NCBI GenBank assembly: GCA_005881175.1
Contig: VBEN01000008.1
Location: forward strand, 1-53,699
From: Chloroflexota bacterium
Lineage (GTDB): Bacteria > Chloroflexota > Dormibacteria > CF-121
Direction of reading: 5' to 3'
DNA length: 53,699 nucleotides
Part shown: piece by piece, positions 25,639-35,500 of the stretch
Layout of the letters: the number at the start of each line of letters is the position of its first letter
How positions within the stretch are numbered: position 1 is the stretch's first letter
The notes under the pieces: generated by a model
Told to the model about the DNA's origin: nothing
What the model saw: only the letters and a program-made list of their open reading frames with translations
Database searches by the model: none
Translations under genes and position numbers: made by a program

Positions 25639-28005
25639 TTATCGGGTAAGGCGCAGCGTCGCGATCTCCCACGGACGCAATGGCACTCGTATGATGCCGT
25701 CCTGAAACCCGACGTCCTCTCGGAGCTCGCCGCCCAGCGTGATCCACGCGGCGCCTGCGAGGTGGAGTATGCACCGAACCGTCGCTAGCCGTGGTTGGTC
25801 CGACGCATTCAACAGCCGCAGGTCCAACCCACTCGGGCGCGGGATGCAGGCGGTCATCTGGATACAGTCTGGTTCGAGCTCGATACCGGACGCTGGCGTT
25901 ACGACCGCCGGCCCGCGACCCGGCAGGATGGGAACCAGCGCGGCCTCCGCCGCTCGCCAGACCGCCGCGCGTTCCCAATCGCCGGCGTGGAAGAAGAGAC
26001 TGTAGCGGAACCGCTGTTCGCCGAGCAGCTGGGCGCCTGGAGTCTCGAGGCCAGGGCCGGCATGCCCGGTGCGGGTCGTCAGGTCGTCTCGAGATAGCCA
26101 GCCCACCCCGCGCAGCAGCGTCAGGGCCAGTTCCTGCCGGCCGCCGGCCAGCAGTTCGTACTCGTGCAGGCCGTCGGTGATTACGGCGAGGCCAACGCGA
26201 CCATCACTCGCGTCCACAAAGGACCACATCGGATAGGTCGGCAGCTCCAGCTCGGGTGAGCCGGGGTCTCGGCGCGCAGCCAGCACCGGCCGGCGTGTTA
26301 CGTCGAAGGGAGTATCGGCGGCCGACTGTGTCACGGAAAAGGGGAGAGGAAAATGGACGCGGAGCCGATGGTCGGTCGCCCGGTTTATCACCTCCAGCTC
26401 GATGTCGAGCCGGGGCGACTCAGCCTCGAGCGATAGGGCAAGTCGAACCGGCAGCGTGGTCTCGGCATCGGCACGACGTCGGCGGTCCTTGCTGAGCCCG
26501 CTGGGGACCACATAGTCGAACCGTGCCTCGAGGCGGGCGCGAAGCGGGCCCGATTCGCTGATGGTGCTGGAGAAATTGCGAACTGGGCCCGGTGGCGTGC
26601 CGGCCGGGGTCGGCGAGAAGTTGTACTCATCCCCGGCATCGCCCTCGTCGACCAGCCGGTGCAGGGCCGGGTAACGCGTACCCGTTTGTCGGTCGACCAC
26701 GGTGAAGGTGCCGTCCGGGCTCAGCTCGCAGGTCAGGAGCGCGTTTTCGAGGCGCATGGAACGGGCGATGGCCGAGATGCCAGGATCGCCGCCGGCGAGC
26801 AAACCAACCGAGCAGCCGGAAATCACTGGCGTTCTGATCAGACTGCCGCCCACCTCGACCAGCCCGGCTCGCGGGAACGCGCTCGGATTCCAGGCCTGGC
26901 CATCGCCAGCCAGCTGGGGAAGCGCGCGCTCGAGAACGCTGCTGGCGATCGTCAGGGCGTCGACACTCCGTTGCCGAGACTCATCGGCGACAGCGTCAAT
27001 CCCCGAACCGCACGCCGTGTCGTGGGCAGCGTTTTGCAACAGCAAGGTCCAGGCCCGCTCCAGGTCCGCGGCGGCATCGACCCGGCTAAGGGCGGCGATC
27101 GGCTCCGCCACTCGCTCCAGCATCCGGGTTGCCTGCGCATACACCTGTTTCTCGCCAACCCGGACGGAGAGCGTCCCCATCAGCACGTTGGCTCGCGCCG
27201 AGGAGCGGAGTTCCCCACGCCAGAGGGGCCACTCGTGCTCCGGCAGCGTGGCGAGGTAATCGTCAAGCCGTGCGAGTCGGATCTGCGTCCCGTTCAGCCG
27301 TCCGCTGGCGCCGCGAACCGCGGCGCTCAGCGCCCGTTGGGGAAGGACGTGGTCGTTGCCGTTCATCAACAAGACATCGGCGCCTGGATGAAACGGCTCG
27401 ATGGCCCGGAGCGCGGCGGCGATCCGGGTCGCCAGACCGTCGGCTTCTGTCGGCAGGTCCACGCCGTGCGAGTAGGAGTTGCCCATGTAGGCGGTCAGAA
27501 TCCGACTACCATCCGGTGCTTCCCACATAAAAGCGACCCGGTCGATCGCCAGTGGCACGCCGCGCCAGACGGCAGCATGCCGAAATCCGAGCTGCCGGTA
27601 GAGCTGCGGCATCTGGGCCGCGTGGCCGAACGAGTCGGGAAGATAGCCAACCCGCATCGAACCGCCGTGCGCATCGGCCGACGCGATGCCTCGCTGTAAA
27701 TCGCGAATCAGGGTTTCGCCAGAGACCAGGAACTCATCGGGAAGTGTGTACCAGGGTCCGACCTGGATCTGGCCGCGAGCAACAGCGCGCTCGAGCCGCG
27801 GCTTGGCATCCGGGCGGACCTCCAGGTAATCGTCGATGACCACAGTCTGGCCGTCCATGAGGAAGCGGAAGTCTGGGTCCGCTTCCGTCAGGGCAAGCAG
27901 CTCGTCCCAGAGGTCCACGAGCTGGGCGCGAAATGTCGCGAAAGTCTCGTACCACTCGCGGTCCCAGTGCGTGTGCGGGACGACGTAGACGGTTCTTTCT
28001 GTCAG
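25639..28005 (-). CDS. GH38 alpha-mannosidase (MngB-like), probable CTG start
   Basis: VVPHTHWDREWY lies upstream of the tracked start; DGQT, PDSFGH, NGNDH, AHD motifs. Confidence 0.9.
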   Translation of the reverse strand: MTERTVYVVPHTHWDREWYETFATFRAQLVDLWDELLALTEADPDFRFLMDGQTVVIDDYLEVRPDAKPRLERAVARGQIQVGPWYTLPDEFLVSGETLIRDLQRGIASADAHGGSMRVGYLPDSFGHAAQMPQLYRQLGFRHAAVWRGVPLAIDRVAFMWEAPDGSRILTAYMGNSYSHGVDLPTEADGLATRIAAALRAIEPFHPGADVLLMNGNDHVLPQRALSAAVRGASGRLNGTQIRLARLDDYLATLPEHEWPLWRGELRSSARANVLMGTLSVRVGEKQVYAQATRMLERVAEPIAALSRVDAAADLERAWTLLLQNAAHDTACGSGIDAVADESRQRSVDALTIASSVLERALPQLAGDGQAWNPSAFPRAGLVEVGGSLIRTPVISGCSVGLLAGGDPGISAIARSMRLENALLTCELSPDGTFTVVDRQTGTRYPALHRLVDEGDAGDEYNFSPTPAGTPPGPVRNFSSTISESGPLRARLEARFDYVVPSGLSKDRRRRADAETTLPVRLALSLEAESPRLDIELEVINRATDHRLRVHFPLPFSVTQSAADTPFDVTRRPVLAARRDPGSPELELPTYPMWSFVDASDGRVGLAVITDGLHEYELLAGGRQELALTLLRGVGWLSRDDLTTRTGHAGPGLETPGAQLLGEQRFRYSLFFHAGDWERAAVWRAAEAALVPILPGRGPAVVTPASGIELEPDCIQMTACIPRPSGLDLRLLNASDQPRLATVRCILHLAGAAWITLGGELREDVGFQDGIIRVPLRPWEIATLRLTR

Positions 28006-28017
28006 AGCCCCGTTAGC

Positions 28018-29586
28018 TTAGATGCCGCCGTGCCACTTCTGGGAGCCGATGACGTGCACCCAGGTCAACCCGTTGTCCAGCTCGATCGGGTTTCCACTCG
28101 CGTCGAGGTAGACGGCCGGGACATTTGGATCCGGATGGTGCCAGGTGGCGTGAATCAGCACGCCATCGACGAAGATGTCGGCCCGGCCATCACCGGTCAG
28201 CTCGTAGGCCTCGGTGTAATAGCCGTGGAAGCTGTTTGCCGGGTTGGTGTCGAGGAAGGAGTTGACGTACTCGACGATCACGGTTTTGGCGTGGACCCGC
28301 CCGGTGCCCACATTGTTGAAGGCCCGGCCGTCCTGAGATTTGAAGTACTGCTTCGAATTGGCATCGTACTGCCAGACCGCCCCATGGTCGGGAACCGAGA
28401 TCTGGGGAGCGGGATCGCCGGTGAAGTTCCCATCAGCATGCTTCGAGGCGATGTCATAGGTGGGCGCCGCCAGGTTCTGCTTGGCGGTCCACGCGGTGGC
28501 ATTTGTTCCGCGCATCATCACGTTGTGCGGCGCGAAACGCGGCGGGTTTGCGCGGTAGAAGACGCCGCCGGCACCACGGGCATAGTCATTGACCATATTC
28601 GGAGACTTCCAGACCAGGCCCAGGATGTAGTCGTTCGCGCCGGAGCAATAGATCATCCCCCTGTACATCAGCTCCAGGCGGATCGTGATCAGGCGGCAGC
28701 TGCGCACCGGAACGACGAGCTCCGGAAGTGGATGCCAGTAGATGACACTCAACCGGGGGATCGAGCCTTCGCTGATGTACTCGTACACCATGTCAGCCTG
28801 CTGCATGCCGGCTTGGGGACGGGCATCACTGCTGTTTTCGACCTGGATGATGGTTGGGGCCCCCGCGCCGATCCGGGCCGCGTCGCCCTGGGACGGCACC
28901 TCGATGATCGTAGTAAAGGAGAACTTCCAGTCCGCCGCCAGTGGGTCCTGCTTGCGATTGACCGCCGTCTGCGGAATGGAAAGCTGATAGGGGTGGCTGT
29001 GGCCGAGCTTGAAGTCGAGGGTTGCTGTTTTGCCATCGCCCGACCAGCTGACCTTCTTGCTGTCGAAGGGCTTGCCGTTCAGCGTAATCGGCGTTTTTCC
29101 GCCGTCCATCGGCTGCGAGAATCCGATCTGCACGTTCCCGGCGGGCTTTAGGCTCTGCTGGCCGTCGGTCACCTTTTCGTTGTTGACCTTGACCGCCGCG
29201 ATGCTGGGCGCGGGCTCCGTCTTGAAGCGGAAGCTGCTGCTCACCCCACGGCCCGACGTGTTCTTCGCATCCTTGACGGTGACGCGGTAAGAGGTGTTCG
29301 GCGCCATCTTTGGCCGGAACTGGAACTCCCTCGCGCTCACCGTCTTGAAGCCAACCAGCACAGCCGGGCTGATGCTGAATGCCTGCTGCACCGAATCCGC
29401 TTTCATGTCCTGGTTGAAGCGAAGATCGATGGTGGCCGTCCGGGGGACCGCCTGGTCGCCGTCGTTGACGTTGGCGTTGACCTCGAGCGGCGTGGTGATG
29501 ATGCGAATGATGATGGCGGCCGCCACCACCAGAATCGCAATCGGTGCGAGCCACCAACGTTGGCGAAGGGTCTGCGTCCAGGTCAT
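28018..29586 (-). CDS. Ig-like (Big_5) domains plus DUF3048 (YerB-like) protein
   Basis: N-terminal TM; FNQDM/FSQPM Ig motifs; VEN..DARPQAG...ADMVYE..SEG.I.R, APHN, GLTWV. Confidence 0.85.
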   Translation of the reverse strand: MTWTQTLRQRWWLAPIAILVVAAAIIIRIITTPLEVNANVNDGDQAVPRTATIDLRFNQDMKADSVQQAFSISPAVLVGFKTVSAREFQFRPKMAPNTSYRVTVKDAKNTSGRGVSSSFRFKTEPAPSIAAVKVNNEKVTDGQQSLKPAGNVQIGFSQPMDGGKTPITLNGKPFDSKKVSWSGDGKTATLDFKLGHSHPYQLSIPQTAVNRKQDPLAADWKFSFTTIIEVPSQGDAARIGAGAPTIIQVENSSDARPQAGMQQADMVYEYISEGSIPRLSVIYWHPLPELVVPVRSCRLITIRLELMYRGMIYCSGANDYILGLVWKSPNMVNDYARGAGGVFYRANPPRFAPHNVMMRGTNATAWTAKQNLAAPTYDIASKHADGNFTGDPAPQISVPDHGAVWQYDANSKQYFKSQDGRAFNNVGTGRVHAKTVIVEYVNSFLDTNPANSFHGYYTEAYELTGDGRADIFVDGVLIHATWHHPDPNVPAVYLDASGNPIELDNGLTWVHVIGSQKWHGGI

Positions 29587-31175
29587 TGATCACTCCCTAT
29601 TACGTGAACCCAGGTCAGCCCGGTGTTGAGGTCAACCGGGTTGCCGCTGGCATCGTAGTAAACCACCGGTAAGTCGCGATTGGGATGTTTCCAGGTCGCG
29701 TGGATCATCCCACCGTCTGAATAGATGTCGGCGGTGCCTTCGCCAGCCAGCTCGTAGTACTCCGTGTTATAGGTGCCGTGCACTCCGGTATTCGCCGGGT
29801 TCCGATCGATGTAGGAGGTCACGCGCTCGATGATCAAGTTCTTGGCGTGCACCTGTCCGGTGCCGACGTTGGTGAAGGGTACGCCATCCTGCCACTTCAG
29901 GTACTCGTGTCGGTTGGCATCGTACCGCCAGATGGCGCTGTGCTGTCTGATGGTGACGCTGGTCGCGGGAACCGCGCCGGGCAGCGCCACGTCGGGGTGT
30001 GCGGCGGCGACGTCGTAATTCAGCGTACCCAGGTTGGCTGCCGCCGTATGTGCGGTGACCTGGTCCGGCCGGGCGATCACATTGTGTGGCGCGTAGCGGT
30101 CGGAGGCCCGATACATGTAGGCGTACATGTAGGCGTAGTCGTAGACCACGTTCGGCCATTTCCACACCTGCCCGAGTACGTAGTTGTTGGCGCCGGAACA
30201 ATAGATCATCCCCCGATACATCTGCTCCAGCTGGACCGTGATCAGGCGGCAGCTCCGTACCGGACCGATCAGGCTCGACGGCGGATGCCAGTAAATCGCG
30301 GAAAGTCTCGGGATGCCGAACTCGCTGATGTACTCGTAGACCATGTCCGCCTGCTGCATTCCCGTCTGGGGACGGACCGTGGGCTGCGAGCTGTTCTCAA
30401 TCTGAATGATGATGGGAGCGCTCGACGCACCGATCCGCGCGGTCGACCCAGCGGATGGCACCTGCACCATGGTGGTGAAGCTGAGCTTCCAATCGGTCAC
30501 CGCGGTGTCCCGCATGCGATTGGTCGCGGTTTTCGGCACCAGTAGGGTATGGGTTCGACTGTGGCTGAGTGAAAGGGGAACGTTCGCCGTCAGGCCGTAC
30601 TTGTCCCAGCTGATGGTCTTGAGATCTAGCTGGGCGCCGTCGAGGAGCAACGCGGTCCGGGCGGCGTCCATCGGCTGCGAAAACGTGACCTTGAGGGTGC
30701 CGTGCAGCGTGACCGCCTGCTGGCCGTCGGCCAGCGCCGCATCGTTGAAGCTCGCCCCCGTCACCTTGGGTGCCGGCTCGGTATGAAATGCGACAGTGTA
30801 GTTCTCCTTGCCGAAGCCGATGCCCTTGCGGGCACCCGTGACCTGCATCCGGTAGCCGGTGTCGGGCTGGAGCTGGGCACGGAACTCGAAGGTGCGCGGG
30901 TTCTTTACCACCACCGCATAGGGCACCGATGGGATGATCTGGAAGCCGTGCTTGACGGAGGCGATATCCATGTCCTGGCTGAAGGTCAGGACGACCGCGG
31001 AACTGCGGACCACGGCCCGATCGCCGTCGGCGACGCTGGCGCTGACGGCCAACGGGGCGGTCAACGCCCGCAGGACCAGCCCGGCTGCAACCAGCAGCAG
31101 GACAATCGGAAGGACCCACCAGCGACGACGTAACGTCGCTCCCAGCCCGCCGGCGCGGGCCGCAACCTGTGGCAT
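29583..31175 (-). CDS. Ig-like domains plus DUF3048 protein, tandem paralog
   Basis: Same motifs as the neighbouring gene; ATGA coupling between the two. Confidence 0.85.
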   Translation of the reverse strand: MPQVAARAGGLGATLRRRWWVLPIVLLLVAAGLVLRALTAPLAVSASVADGDRAVVRSSAVVLTFSQDMDIASVKHGFQIIPSVPYAVVVKNPRTFEFRAQLQPDTGYRMQVTGARKGIGFGKENYTVAFHTEPAPKVTGASFNDAALADGQQAVTLHGTLKVTFSQPMDAARTALLLDGAQLDLKTISWDKYGLTANVPLSLSHSRTHTLLVPKTATNRMRDTAVTDWKLSFTTMVQVPSAGSTARIGASSAPIIIQIENSSQPTVRPQTGMQQADMVYEYISEFGIPRLSAIYWHPPSSLIGPVRSCRLITVQLEQMYRGMIYCSGANNYVLGQVWKWPNVVYDYAYMYAYMYRASDRYAPHNVIARPDQVTAHTAAANLGTLNYDVAAAHPDVALPGAVPATSVTIRQHSAIWRYDANRHEYLKWQDGVPFTNVGTGQVHAKNLIIERVTSYIDRNPANTGVHGTYNTEYYELAGEGTADIYSDGGMIHATWKHPNRDLPVVYYDASGNPVDLNTGLTWVHVIGSDQ

Positions 31176-31316
31176 CAGCACAACCTCGATAGGCTCAATT
31201 CGACCGGCCGCACAGGCTATTTGACGCACAGTTGGGATTCAACTGCAACGGCTATCCGGCTTGTTGAGCCCCCCGCCTATCGGTTTTCTAGTCGGTGGAT
31301 CCCCTCCCGGGGCGGG

Positions 31317-31628
31317 CTACGCCACCATCAACCGCGGCAAAAGCAGTTGCTGCACGTCGAAGAGGACGTCCAGCACCCGTACCGGGTCACGGGTGACGTT
31401 GCGGTTGAGCGCCCGAAGCAACTTACGGCTGAGGGGCCGGACAAAGCGGGTGATCTCGTCCATCAGCGGGGCGGGGACGGCCCCGCGCTGGTTCTCGATG
31501 ATGTCTTCGATCGAGAGAAGGAAGTCGTCCACACGCTTTACGTCCGCCCGACGGCGGGCCTCCTGGTCACGCCGGTCGGCCGCCGCCTGGAACTCACGAT
31601 GGATCTCGTCGATCGCGTCGCTCAGCAT
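31317..31628 (-). CDS. hypothetical helical protein, apparent paralog of 13301-13642
   Basis: GGGAG RBS; TTGACA upstream; typical codon use. Confidence 0.8.
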   Translation of the reverse strand: MLSDAIDEIHREFQAAADRRDQEARRRADVKRVDDFLLSIEDIIENQRGAVPAPLMDEITRFVRPLSRKLLRALNRNVTRDPVRVLDVLFDVQQLLLPRLMVA

Positions 31629-31745
31629 CTACCTGCTCCCTTCACTAACGCCAATGTACCGGGCTGACGATTCACGAAAGGTGATACATGCACTGTTACA
31701 TAGTCCACAAGGCCTGTCAAGCATTTTCACTCTGCGTGCTCAGGT

Positions 31746-32093
31746 TCAGGCCGTCAGACCGTTCCCAGACACCTCCTGCAGCGTGTCGAGCTCGCGGACC
31801 TGGTTGAGATCCAGGCCCTGGTTGCCCAGCGATTGCAACAGATGCAGCACGTATTTCACGCCCGCCAGATTCACTCCCTTCTGACGAGTCAGGAACTGAA
31901 TCACGCGAACCCGTCGGATATCGTCTTCGGAGTAGCGCCGTCGGTTCGTAGCCGTTCGCTGTGGCTTGATCAGATTCTCGCTCTCGTAAATCATCAGGGT
32001 GCGGGGATGGAGGTTGAGGATCTCGCTGGCGATGCTGGGGGTGAAAACCGCCCGCCCGGGGGCAATCGCCGGCATCCTCTTTCGTTTTCCCAT
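31746..32093 (-). CDS. HspR-like MerR-family regulator (copy 1)
   Basis: SIASEIL..HPRTLMIYE, RT.TNRRRYS, GVNLAGV; TTGCGC-N17-TATCGT upstream. Confidence 0.9.
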   Translation of the reverse strand: MGKRKRMPAIAPGRAVFTPSIASEILNLHPRTLMIYESENLIKPQRTATNRRRYSEDDIRRVRVIQFLTRQKGVNLAGVKYVLHLLQSLGNQGLDLNQVRELDTLQEVSGNGLTA

Positions 32094-32233
32094 ATCACCC
32101 CAGCGCGGAGCATCCCCCGACCCCGCATTGCCGTAACTTTATATTCACGATATCACTTATTGCTGACTGGCGCAAGCCTTTAATTTCCCGACTCCAGATG
32201 TCTGGGGCATGCCGCGTACAGTAAGACGAAGCG

Positions 32234-33796
32234 ATGCTGGCGATCGAGCAGTACACCCGCCGCCTTCTCAAGGACTTTCATCCGATCGTGGCGGCCAATC
32301 GGCCGCCGGTCGACCTGGCGCCCGACGCCGGCGACCGGGAACGCTTCGTGCGGGGATCCGGCGGGCTCGTCACGGGACTCTCAGGCCTTGCGCAGGCCAC
32401 GGGAGCGGTGTGGGTGGCATCGGCGCGAGATGGATTCGAAGCCGAGCTCGACCCGGGGAGCGGCGGAGAACCGATGGTGGTTGAAACGGCGGATGGCGCC
32501 CGCTTCCAGGTGAGTTGGGTCAATCCGCCGCGACTCGCCTACGACCTGTACTACAACACCATTGCCAACCCGCTGCTCTGGTTCGTTCAGCACTACCTCT
32601 GGAACCTGGCGGAAGCGCCGGTGCTCGATGACAGCACGCACCGGGCCTGGAATGAGGGCTACCGGCGGGTCAACCAGCTGTTTGCCCAGCAGGTGGTGCG
32701 CGAAGCGCGGCGTGGTCGCAAGCGGCCGCTCGTGCTTTCGCACGATTACCACCTCTACCTGGTTCCAAGGTTGGTGCGCCGTGAGCTCGCCGATGCCGTG
32801 CTACAGCACTTCGTCCACATCCCCTGGCCCACACCGCAATACTGGAAGGTGTTGCCGCAATACATGCGGGACGAGATCATGGACGGCCTGCTGGCGGCCG
32901 ACATCATCGGTTTGCAGACCCATTCGGATGTGCGCAACTTCTTACTCACCTGCGAAGAGAACATGGGCCTCCCGGTCGATTTTCGGCAACAGACCGCCTT
33001 CTATCGCGGCCGGACCGTATGGGTGCGTCGCTATCCCATCTCGATTGACGTCCGAGAGTTCGAGCGCAGCGCCGCCAGCCCTGGAGTCGAGCGCGCGGAG
33101 CGGGAGATCCTTCGCTGGCGCCCGGAACAGCTGATCTACCGGGTCGACCGCATGGATCTCTCGAAAAACATCGTGCGCGGGTTCTACGCCTACGAGCGCC
33201 TACTTCAAGCCCACGCCGAATGGCGGCGGCGGATCATCTTTTGGGCGATGCTGCAAAAGACGCGCCAGAATGTGCCGGAGTACCGGGAATACGCCCGCCA
33301 GGTGCTCCAGGTGGCCAGGGTGATCAATAGCCGTCTAGCGTCCGATGATTGGCAGCCCATTCGCCTCGAGCTTCGCGAGGATATGAACCGGGCGGTGGCC
33401 GGTTACAAGCAGTTCGATGTACTTCTCGTCAATCCCCTGTACGACGGCATGAACCTGGTGGCGAAAGAGGGAATCACCGTGAACCGCCGGGGCGGTGCCT
33501 TGGTGCTCTCAGAGAATGCCGGTACGCATGAGGAGCTTGGAGAATGGGCCATCACGATTAATCCATTTGATGTCGACGCAACCGCGCAGGCGCTGCAGCA
33601 TGCCCTCCTGATGGACCCGGTCGAACGCCACGCCCGGGCCGAGAAAATGCGCGCGGTCGTGCAACAGAATGATGTCGCCCGCTGGATCTCGGCGCAGTTG
33701 CAAGACATCCGGGACCTGGTGGAGCCGCTGGCGGCGCGGCGCCCGGAGGTCGCGCGGGAGGAGACGCTCTCGATCGGACGCGAAGGTACGCTCTAG
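32234..33796 (+). CDS. otsA: trehalose-6-phosphate synthase (GT20)
   Basis: GGLV, HDYHL, HIPWP, RVDRMDLSKNI, DGMNLVAKE, LSENAG; acceptor specificity not verified. Confidence 0.88.
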   Translation: MLAIEQYTRRLLKDFHPIVAANRPPVDLAPDAGDRERFVRGSGGLVTGLSGLAQATGAVWVASARDGFEAELDPGSGGEPMVVETADGARFQVSWVNPPRLAYDLYYNTIANPLLWFVQHYLWNLAEAPVLDDSTHRAWNEGYRRVNQLFAQQVVREARRGRKRPLVLSHDYHLYLVPRLVRRELADAVLQHFVHIPWPTPQYWKVLPQYMRDEIMDGLLAADIIGLQTHSDVRNFLLTCEENMGLPVDFRQQTAFYRGRTVWVRRYPISIDVREFERSAASPGVERAEREILRWRPEQLIYRVDRMDLSKNIVRGFYAYERLLQAHAEWRRRIIFWAMLQKTRQNVPEYREYARQVLQVARVINSRLASDDWQPIRLELREDMNRAVAGYKQFDVLLVNPLYDGMNLVAKEGITVNRRGGALVLSENAGTHEELGEWAITINPFDVDATAQALQHALLMDPVERHARAEKMRAVVQQNDVARWISAQLQDIRDLVEPLAARRPEVAREETLSIGREGTL

Positions 33797-33799
33797 CGC

Positions 33800-34102
33800 T
33801 CAGGCCCAGAGATGGCGGGCGCCGGCAAGCTCCGGAAATTCGTTCTCGGGGATCTGCAGGCGGCTTTGCACGGCGGCCTCCATCAGAGAAAAGATGACTT
33901 TGACACCGGCGAGATTGATGCCGTGCACCGTGGTCAGTTCGCGAATCAGTCGGATCCGCTCGATGTCGCGGCGCGAGTAACGCCGGCGCTGCGTCGGGGT
34001 CCGCTCGGGGGCGATCAGATTCTCGCTTTCGTAGACGAAAAGCGTCCGGGGCTCGATGTCGAACATATCGGAGACTTCGCTGGACTTATGCGGCATTGCC
34101 AA
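33800..34102 (-). CDS. HspR-like MerR-family regulator (copy 2, most divergent)
   Basis: TTG with GGAGG RBS and TATAAT; EPRTLFVYE, RRRYS, GINLAGV. Confidence 0.87.
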   Translation of the reverse strand: MAMPHKSSEVSDMFDIEPRTLFVYESENLIAPERTPTQRRRYSRRDIERIRLIRELTTVHGINLAGVKVIFSLMEAAVQSRLQIPENEFPELAGARHLWA

Positions 34103-34349
34103 GTGTCGCCCTCCCGGGTGGAAAGCTGTAAACAATTATAGCCCACATGTCAGGATTTGTGATAAACACCGGAAGCTACCGTCGTTTGCGGGAATTGTGG
34201 CGCCACTGTGCGCAGCGTGACAGATCGGAAAACCCTACCCATTGGTTGTGCGGGGGCGTATCACCTTAGCCCTCGTGACGCTCGCTTGAACACGTTCGAG
34301 CTTGCCGTTAGTGTCACGGCCGGACGGTGCCACCGCCGGTCCTTGCAGC

Positions 34350-35480
34350 ATGTCGCGCATCTTACGTCAAGTCACGCTTTTTGGAGGGAGGGTTGTGCTG
34401 GGAGTGATGCTTTTCGCTCTCCTCACGCCCCCGTTTGGCTTGCGCGCCTACCTCGAGGCTCGAGCTCAGGAGCAAGCACAGGCTAGCCACGTGATCGTCA
34501 GCTTCGGCCGGCCGGCTGCCGCGATCGTCCCGTTGCCGGTAACGGCGCGGCCGTTCGCCCAGGCGCCGCGCTCACCCCTCGACGGGGTCAAGGGCAAGGG
34601 CGCCTGGCTGATGATCTTCAACGGTGATTGGAATGATCCCGATTCCGATCGGGCCGCGGCCATCGTCGATGCGGCCGTCCGGGCTGACCTCAGCCACCTG
34701 TATATAAGGATCGCCGACTCGAGATACCATTTTTACGGTACCTCGGCCCTCCAGGACCTTCTACCCATCGCTCATCAGCACGGGCTCAACATCATCGGTT
34801 GGATCGAACCGATGCTGGATGATTCGAACGCCGACACCGCCGATGCGCTGGCGGCTGCTCAGTTCGAAGAGCAGGGCCAGCGACTGGATGGGCTTGCGCT
34901 GACGATCGAGGGTAACAGCACATCCGACCCCAATGTGGGCCAGTATCTAGCGGGAATCCGCGGCGGCATCCAGGGCATGAATGGCCTCGGGGATCGCTAC
35001 CTGCTGATCGCCAGCACGTTGCCCACCCCCTACGACCACCCGGGCTATGCGTACGCGACCATGTCGCGCTATTGTCAGGTCTTTGCCCCGATGGTGTACT
35101 GGCGAGCCACCGGCCTGCCCCAGTACAGCGGGGTGGGCGGTGCCCGCGCCTACGTTGCCCAGGTATTCCAACAGTTCCGTGACCCAGGGGTCAACCCGTT
35201 CAAGCGCCCGCTGACCATCACGGCGCAAGCCTATGATGCCGCACCCGAGTACGGCACCCCGGGCGCCCCACCCGGCGATGAGATCGTCACCTCGATGGAT
35301 GAGACACGCGCCCAGGGCGGGATCAGCTGGTCTTATTACCGGCTGGCGAATGCGGATAATGGCGTGACCGGGGAAGAGCAACAGGCGATCACCGGCTACC
35401 CGTTCTGGCAGCGCTTTCGTACGGGAGGCATCGCGGGCACGGCGCTGATCGCGCTACCTGACCAACCGGTCGCGTATTAA
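34350..35480 (+). CDS. exported or membrane-anchored putative glycoside hydrolase-like TIM-barrel protein
   Basis: N-terminal TM; GKGAW, HLYIRIAD, GLNIIGW, FAPMVYW, QAYD, GISWS; family not certain. Confidence 0.6.
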   Translation: MSRILRQVTLFGGRVVLGVMLFALLTPPFGLRAYLEARAQEQAQASHVIVSFGRPAAAIVPLPVTARPFAQAPRSPLDGVKGKGAWLMIFNGDWNDPDSDRAAAIVDAAVRADLSHLYIRIADSRYHFYGTSALQDLLPIAHQHGLNIIGWIEPMLDDSNADTADALAAAQFEEQGQRLDGLALTIEGNSTSDPNVGQYLAGIRGGIQGMNGLGDRYLLIASTLPTPYDHPGYAYATMSRYCQVFAPMVYWRATGLPQYSGVGGARAYVAQVFQQFRDPGVNPFKRPLTITAQAYDAAPEYGTPGAPPGDEIVTSMDETRAQGGISWSYYRLANADNGVTGEEQQAITGYPFWQRFRTGGIAGTALIALPDQPVAY

Positions 35481-35500
35481 GGAGAGGGGTTGAGAAACCA

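Noticed and set aside
34284-34300. LexA box (GAAC...GTTC)
   Set aside because: The spacer is 2 nt rather than the 4 nt of the Gram-positive SOS box
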